From positions 1 to 32,751 of the forward strand of contig JAANXI010000175.1 in NCBI GenBank assembly GCA_018263365.1: DNA of 32,751 nt, written 5' to 3'. This DNA comes from Fidelibacterota bacterium. Its GTDB lineage: Bacteria; Fidelibacterota; JAANXI01. The notes under the pieces were generated by a model. It was not told where the DNA came from and searched no databases. It worked only from the letters and a program-made list of their open reading frames with translations. The number at the start of each line of letters is the position of its first letter. The first letter of the stretch is position 1. Position numbers and translations under genes: made by a program. Positions 28,024 through 32,751 of the stretch are shown here, piece by piece.

Positions 28024-28631
28024 GCTTCAGCCCTCCTCTCATTAATCCAGTTGGAGAGCCCGATTAACAAACCGAGTGTCAGAAATGCACCGGGCGGCAG
28101 GATCATCACCATCCACGGCATAAACCAGTCGCCCAGGATTGTGAAATTGAGTATCGAGCCGGAGCCGAGCAGTTCACGAATCGCGCCGAGGACAAACAGG
28201 ACTAACAGGAACCCGGTCCCCATGCCGAGGGCATCCAGAAAGGAGCGTCCCGGACTATTTTTGGATGAGAACGCCTCCTGTCGCCCGAGAATCAGACAGT
28301 TCACCACGATCAGCGGCACATACGGTCCGAGCGCTTTGCTAATCTCCGGCGTAAATGCCGCCAGAAACCGGTCTGCCACGGTGACGAAGGTGGCGATAAC
28401 CACGATGTAACTCGCGATCCGCACCTGGTGCGGAATCACTTTTCGGATGCTGGAGATGATCACACTAGAGCTAACGACTACGAAGGTCGTTGCCAATCCC
28501 ATAGCGATTCCGTTGATTGCCGAATTGGTGACGGCGAGCGTCGGACACAAGCCCAGCAGAGATATCAGCACCGGGTTTTCGTCCCAGAGCCCCTTCGCGT
28601 ATTCCCGCATTAATGTTGCTTTCTTTGCCAT
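28020..28631 (-). CDS. rnfE: Rnf complex subunit E
   Basis: NPVLISLLGLCPTLAVT, PLIVVNCLILGR, RELLGSG, LPPGAF. Confidence 0.96.
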   Translation of the reverse strand: MAKKATLMREYAKGLWDENPVLISLLGLCPTLAVTNSAINGIAMGLATTFVVVSSSVIISSIRKVIPHQVRIASYIVVIATFVTVADRFLAAFTPEISKALGPYVPLIVVNCLILGRQEAFSSKNSPGRSFLDALGMGTGFLLVLFVLGAIRELLGSGSILNFTILGDWFMPWMVMILPPGAFLTLGLLIGLSNWINERRAEA

Positions 28632-29224
28632 TAGGAAACCTGCTCTTTTGTCGAATTGTATTTCTTCCTGGCCTGTTCAATGGCCGAATTTAAAATATCG
28701 ACGACTGCTTTTGATGAAATTGTCGCACCAGTGATCGCCTGAATTTCGTTATCGTTTTGCGGCGCCTGGTTTTTCAGCGCCTCGATCTTTGGCTGTGGTA
28801 CAAGTCCTTTGAACTGATCAGTAAACCAGTCCGGATTTTCCTTATTAGAGGGGTCCGTGACGATTTTGGTGCCGAGACCCGGTGTTTCCACCTGCTCCAA
28901 AACCGAAAGACCGGTGATTTCAGAGAAGTCGGGCCTCATACCAACCATCATTCGGATTTCGCCCTGAAATCCGTTTCCGATGGCCAAAAATGCTATCCCG
29001 ACGGTTGCCGCCCCTTCTTTACCAACGTAAAAGGTCATCCCGTCGGCCTCGACTTTCTCGTAATCCTCATGCGCAGGGAGGACGTCGCCGACAGCCTGCC
29101 GCAGTTGTTCCAGACGATACTGCTCGATTTTCGGCGCGGTATACCCGTCCCAAGAGGACAACACCCCGCCGGAAATCATCGTAATCAGGGTGAGGACGAG
29201 TATCATCTTCGCTGAGGTATTCAT
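28631..29224 (-). CDS. rnfG: Rnf complex subunit G (FMN-binding)
   Basis: N-terminal TM, GFQGEI, ETPGLG, flavinylation motif ITGATISS. Confidence 0.95.
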   Translation of the reverse strand: MNTSAKMILVLTLITMISGGVLSSWDGYTAPKIEQYRLEQLRQAVGDVLPAHEDYEKVEADGMTFYVGKEGAATVGIAFLAIGNGFQGEIRMMVGMRPDFSEITGLSVLEQVETPGLGTKIVTDPSNKENPDWFTDQFKGLVPQPKIEALKNQAPQNDNEIQAITGATISSKAVVDILNSAIEQARKKYNSTKEQVS

Positions 29225-30360
29225 GCCCGCACCTCGCCGAAGATCTCCGGCCGGGTGTACCGGTTAATGAGTGGCGTCACCGAGTTCATCAGGAGAATCG
29301 AGTACATCACACCCTCCGGCAATCCGCCGTATAATCTGATGATAATGAGAATTAATCCTGCACCTGCACCAAATATCCACGCACCCTTCGGCGTGATCGG
29401 CGAGGTTACCATATCTGTCGCCATGAAAAACGCCCCGAACATAAGTCCGCCGGAGAGCAGATGAAATATCGGATCCGGAAATTGGGCTGGATTGATGAGC
29501 CAAAAAATTCCGCCAAGGATGAAAACGCTGCCGAGAAAACTCACCGGAATTCGCCAGTCCGCATACTTTTTCACCAGCAGATAAATACCGCCGATGAGAA
29601 TCGCAATTGCCGAGGTTTCACCTAGCGATCCACCGATGTTACCAGTCAATAGATCGCCGTACTGCGTCATGATATTCTCGAATTTGAACTGTCCTAATGG
29701 AGTTGCGGCGGAGACGGCATCTATGCCGGCGAATTTTGCGGTGTTCGGCGCGGTCCAGGTCGTCATTGCCACCGGGAAACTCGCCTGCAAAAACGCCCGG
29801 CCAAGCAGGGCCGGGTTAAAGATGTTTGCGCCCAGTCCGCCGAAAATCTGCTTCCCGATGGCAATCGCGAAGACAGAGCCGATAATGCCGCCGCTTACCG
29901 GGAACGACGGCGGTAATGTGAGCGCCAGCAGCAATCCGGTAATTGCGGCGCTGCCGTCGCCAATTGTATATCCCTCGCCTTTTATGCGATTAATGAGTGC
30001 TTCCGTTCCAAGCGCAGCGCCGATACAGGCGAGAATCATCCAGACCGCCGGCATCCCGAAATAGTAGACCGCCATAATCGCCGCCGGTGCCACCGCACCC
30101 ACTACCGACCACATGATCTTCGGAACACTGTCCTCCGTATACTGGTGCGGCGACGGCGCCAGAATAAACGGCTGCCGGTCTAACTGAAACAGTTTGCTGC
30201 GGGGATCGGGCTTTTTCTTTTTGGCTTTCTTCTTTTTCCTTGCCCGGGCTTTTTTCTTAGTCCCGGTTTTGGAGTCGGAAGTTTGCTTGTCATCCGACTT
30301 ACCATCGGAAGATGGGGGTTCTCCCGTCTCTTCCTGTTGTTTCTTTTCTTCGTCCGTCAT
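29221..30360 (-). CDS. rnfD: Rnf complex subunit D
   Basis: SPH…IMW, DGSAAITGLLLALTLP, KQIFGGLGANIFNPA, flavinylation motif SAATPL, GSLGETS, FMATD. Start at ATG 30360 (GAGG upstream); 30408 is an alternative. Confidence 0.95.
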   Translation of the reverse strand: MTDEEKKQQEETGEPPSSDGKSDDKQTSDSKTGTKKKARARKKKKAKKKKPDPRSKLFQLDRQPFILAPSPHQYTEDSVPKIMWSVVGAVAPAAIMAVYYFGMPAVWMILACIGAALGTEALINRIKGEGYTIGDGSAAITGLLLALTLPPSFPVSGGIIGSVFAIAIGKQIFGGLGANIFNPALLGRAFLQASFPVAMTTWTAPNTAKFAGIDAVSAATPLGQFKFENIMTQYGDLLTGNIGGSLGETSAIAILIGGIYLLVKKYADWRIPVSFLGSVFILGGIFWLINPAQFPDPIFHLLSGGLMFGAFFMATDMVTSPITPKGAWIFGAGAGLILIIIRLYGGLPEGVMYSILLMNSVTPLINRYTRPEIFGEVRA

Positions 30361-30379
30361 AACCCTCTGCTTCCGGTTC

Positions 30380-31708
30380 TTATGCTGCCTGCTTGTTTCG
30401 GGATTCATTCACGCGGTATTTGCCGACGCGTATCCATTGCACTAATGGGATGTATGATGGACACACAAACGCGCATGATCCGCACTCCACGCAGCTGTCA
30501 ATTCCGTAGTCTTCCATGGCGTCTATCTGCTTGTTTTCTGAGAATTTGGCTAATCGAGTCGATACTAAATTCATCGGACAGGCGTCCACACATGCACCAC
30601 ACTGGATGCACGGATAGGACTGCATTTTTTTTACGCGGGACTCCGTGCTGCAAATAATGCCGCTGGATGCCTTGATCACCGGTACCGACAAATCATGCAG
30701 CGCCATGCCCATCATCGGTCCGCCCATAAAAACCTGAGCCGTCTCTTCCGATAATCCGCCGGCGAAATCTACCAGTGATTGGAGAGGCGTGCCGATCCGT
30801 GCCAATACGTTTTTCGGTTCGGAGATGCCGTCACCGGTAATCGTCACGACCCGCTGCACGAGCGGCTTGCCTTCGGTGACGGCTTCCGCCACAGCCATGG
30901 CCGTCCCCACATTATTTACAACTGTGCCCACATCCATGGGAAGGCCGCCGGTGGGGACTTTGCGGTCCAGCACCGACATAATAAGCATCTTCTCCGCACC
31001 CTGCGGATATTTGGTCTCCAGCGCCATCACCTTGAAATCTAAATTCAGATTCTGCACCCGCTCATTCATGGCTTCCACGGCGTCCGGCTTGTTATCCTCG
31101 ATGCCGATGTAGCCATTCTCCACACCGAGCACCTTCATTATTATGGACATCCCGGTGAGGATTTTATCGGTCATCTCCACCATGGCACGGTGGTCCGAGG
31201 TGAGGTACGGCTCGCATTCGCAGCCGTTCAGGATGAACGAGTCGATGGGTTTCTCCTCCGGCGGCGCCAGTTTGACGTGCGTCGGAAATGCTGCGCCTCC
31301 GAGCCCAACGATGCCGGCGTCCCAGACGAGTTGCCGCAGGTCATCAATGGAGGCTGATTCCCAATCCTCCGGATGCTTTAGCAGTTCCCAATCATCCTCT
31401 CCGGTGCGCTGAATCTGTATCATTTTGACTTTCGATCCCATGGGATGCAAAAAGTTGTTGATCTTCTTCACCTTGCCGGTCACCGGCGAGTGCACGGGGC
31501 TCGACACATACTTATCACTCCGTCCGATGACCTGACCGGTCTTCACCTCATCCTTCCGATCCACGATCGGTTCGTCCGGCGCGCCGATGTGCTGCTGCAC
31601 GGGTATGAAAACCTCATTAGGCAACGGCATAAACTCGATGGACTTGGTGTTTGTGAACTCTTTATGGTCCGACGGATGAATGCCTTTGCTAAAAGTTGGA
31701 AACTTCAC
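30380..31708 (-). CDS. rnfC: Rnf complex subunit C
   Basis: QQHIGAP, AGIVGLGGAAFPT, NGCECEPYLTSD, YPQGAEK, GGPMMG, CIQCGACVDACP, CVECGSCAFVCP; GTG start. Confidence 0.96.
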   Translation of the reverse strand: MKFPTFSKGIHPSDHKEFTNTKSIEFMPLPNEVFIPVQQHIGAPDEPIVDRKDEVKTGQVIGRSDKYVSSPVHSPVTGKVKKINNFLHPMGSKVKMIQIQRTGEDDWELLKHPEDWESASIDDLRQLVWDAGIVGLGGAAFPTHVKLAPPEEKPIDSFILNGCECEPYLTSDHRAMVEMTDKILTGMSIIMKVLGVENGYIGIEDNKPDAVEAMNERVQNLNLDFKVMALETKYPQGAEKMLIMSVLDRKVPTGGLPMDVGTVVNNVGTAMAVAEAVTEGKPLVQRVVTITGDGISEPKNVLARIGTPLQSLVDFAGGLSEETAQVFMGGPMMGMALHDLSVPVIKASSGIICSTESRVKKMQSYPCIQCGACVDACPMNLVSTRLAKFSENKQIDAMEDYGIDSCVECGSCAFVCPSYIPLVQWIRVGKYRVNESRNKQAA

Positions 31709-31838
31709 CGGCTGTATTCCTCGTCTGTATTTTTATTTTCCCAATTCCAAGAATGCAAAACTCTGAAACCCTTTGTTCCCATAGATGAGTTCATTAGTCC
31801 CATTTTCCTGTTTCAAATTGTATGCCATCCGTAAAGAC

Positions 31839-31979
31839 AGTGTTATAGTGTTCATGTGTTTAAGTGTTCAAGTGTTCAAGTTGCAAGAATCCACCGGTGA
31901 GGGATCCATGGCAGAAAGATGCGAGACGTCAGACGTGAGACAAAATGTCTCCAGTTGGCAGTAAACAGTCGGCAATTAC
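31839..31979. repeat. octamer array plus two heptamer arrays upstream of rnfC
   Basis: AGTGTTAT AGTGTTCA TGTGTTTA AGTGTTCA AGTGTTCA AGTTGCAA (31839-31886); AGATGCG AGACGTC AGACGTG AGACA (31917-31942); CAGTTGG CAGTAAA CAGTCGG CAATTAC (31952-31979). Confidence 0.75.
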
Positions 31980-32017
31980 CAAAAGCATTTTAAATTCGAA
32001 TTAGGTGCAAGAGAATT

Positions 32018-32095
32018 CAGTGAGCCCTGTCGGGGCAACACATTTATAGTGCAGTATACCGAAACTACTTAGAAGCCTCGTAGCGGCGTTATATC
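32018..32095 (+). repeat. two degenerate REP-like direct repeats
   Basis: AGCCCTGTCGGGGCAACACAT and AGCCTCGTAGCGGCGTTATAT; the first matches 19883-19914 in reverse. Confidence 0.5.
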
Positions 32096-32145
32096 GAATT
32101 GTATCCATTCAGTAATGTGCTGACTCTTTTGCATCAGGTAATATT

Positions 32146-32318
32146 TTCTATGCGCTACCTAGCGTTCGTTGCGGTAAAAAATTACATTTTTTGTTTTCTC
32201 TTTGTTTTTGGCTCTTTCCTGATTCCCGTTGTTCTTTGCGTCTTGGCGTCTTTGCGGTTCATATCTTTTGCTTATTTCCGCTTTTTTTCTCTGGGTTCTC
32301 AGCGCCCTCAGCGGTGAA
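32146..32318. repeat. three short CTNNGCG-unit arrays, each ending in GCGGT
   Basis: 32146-32177, 32232-32259 and 32288-32318; same pattern as 27345-27383. Confidence 0.6.
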
Positions 32319-32334
32319 ATTATTTAATGTCACC

Positions 32335-32363
32335 TTGACAACCCCGAAGATTTGGCGTACGTT
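32335..32363 (+). promoter_or_regulatory. putative sigma70 promoter for the riboswitch-led transcript
   Basis: TTGACA, 17 nt, TACGTT, about 22 nt before the riboswitch P1. Confidence 0.6.
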
Positions 32364-32385
32364 TCCATCACTATTTGACAACAGA

Positions 32386-32565
32386 GAAATGGCCAAGGGA
32401 AGCCCGCGAAAATCGGGCACAGCCCCGCTACTGTGATCGGTGACGACCAGTGCGTGAACCACTGTCCCCCAATTTCGGGACGGGAAGGTGCACCGGAAGG
32501 ATGAGCCGTCAGTCAGGAGACCTGCCATTTCCGAACCAGCAACTCCAAACCTTCGAGGGCAAGGT
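32386..32565 (+). ncRNA. cobalamin riboswitch (long, class I type)
   Basis: AAGGGAA, P4 GCCCG-CGAAAAT-CGGGC, CCCCGCTACTGT, CCACTG…GGGAAG, B12 box AGTCAGGAGACCTGCC, P1 GAAATGGC/GCCATTTC, downstream hairpin ACCTT-CGAGGGC-AAGGT. The regulated gene is mostly or wholly outside the window. Confidence 0.95.
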
Positions 32566-32751
32566 CATGGTGATCACACACACATTATTAGTACCTGATC
32601 GATCATCGTTTCTGCTCCCGTCCAAACGGGACGCAGGATGCGCATCGTAAAATACACACTACTCATATTCGGGTACCTTTTCCCTTTTCTTCTTTGGGGG
32701 CAAAGTACGGTTAAACTCTCCGGTGCAGTCCTGGATGCAAAAACAGATCAG

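Noticed and set aside
32099-32650. Small ORFs around the riboswitch
   Set aside because: They overlap repeat tracts, the promoter and the aptamer; no coding signal.

Overview
Bacterial chromosome window of moderate GC. An FCB-superphylum organism is inferred from the PorU-like T9SS protein and the PASTA-bearing FtsI. The left part (+ strand) holds the 3' end of a PorU-like gene, maf, rodZ, and a dcw cluster (mraZ-rsmH-ftsL-ftsI-murE-murF-mraY-murD-ftsW-murG-murC-ftsQ-ftsA-ftsZ, lacking murB and ddl) behind a consensus sigma70 promoter overlapped by MraZ boxes. murD and murG are each split at an A10 tract. The middle holds rpmB, dusB, a DUF1232 gene, a putative lipoprotein, and tRNA-Ser(UGA) followed by fused IS relics. 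The right part (- strand) is rnfCDGEAB-rseC-(Tat/NusG-domain-II gene)-apbE, with a divergent cobalamin riboswitch at the window end. The genes are housekeeping, so the unusual signal is intergenic. (i) Several spacers carry stacks of short 6/7/8/9-nt tandem micro-arrays in a shared order and polarity relative to the downstream gene. (ii) Two ~199-bp mini-elements combine IS1380-type terminal inverted repeats with a GTAG-type REP palindrome at almost identical offsets, despite unrelated filler. Family assignments are from motif recognition, not database searches.
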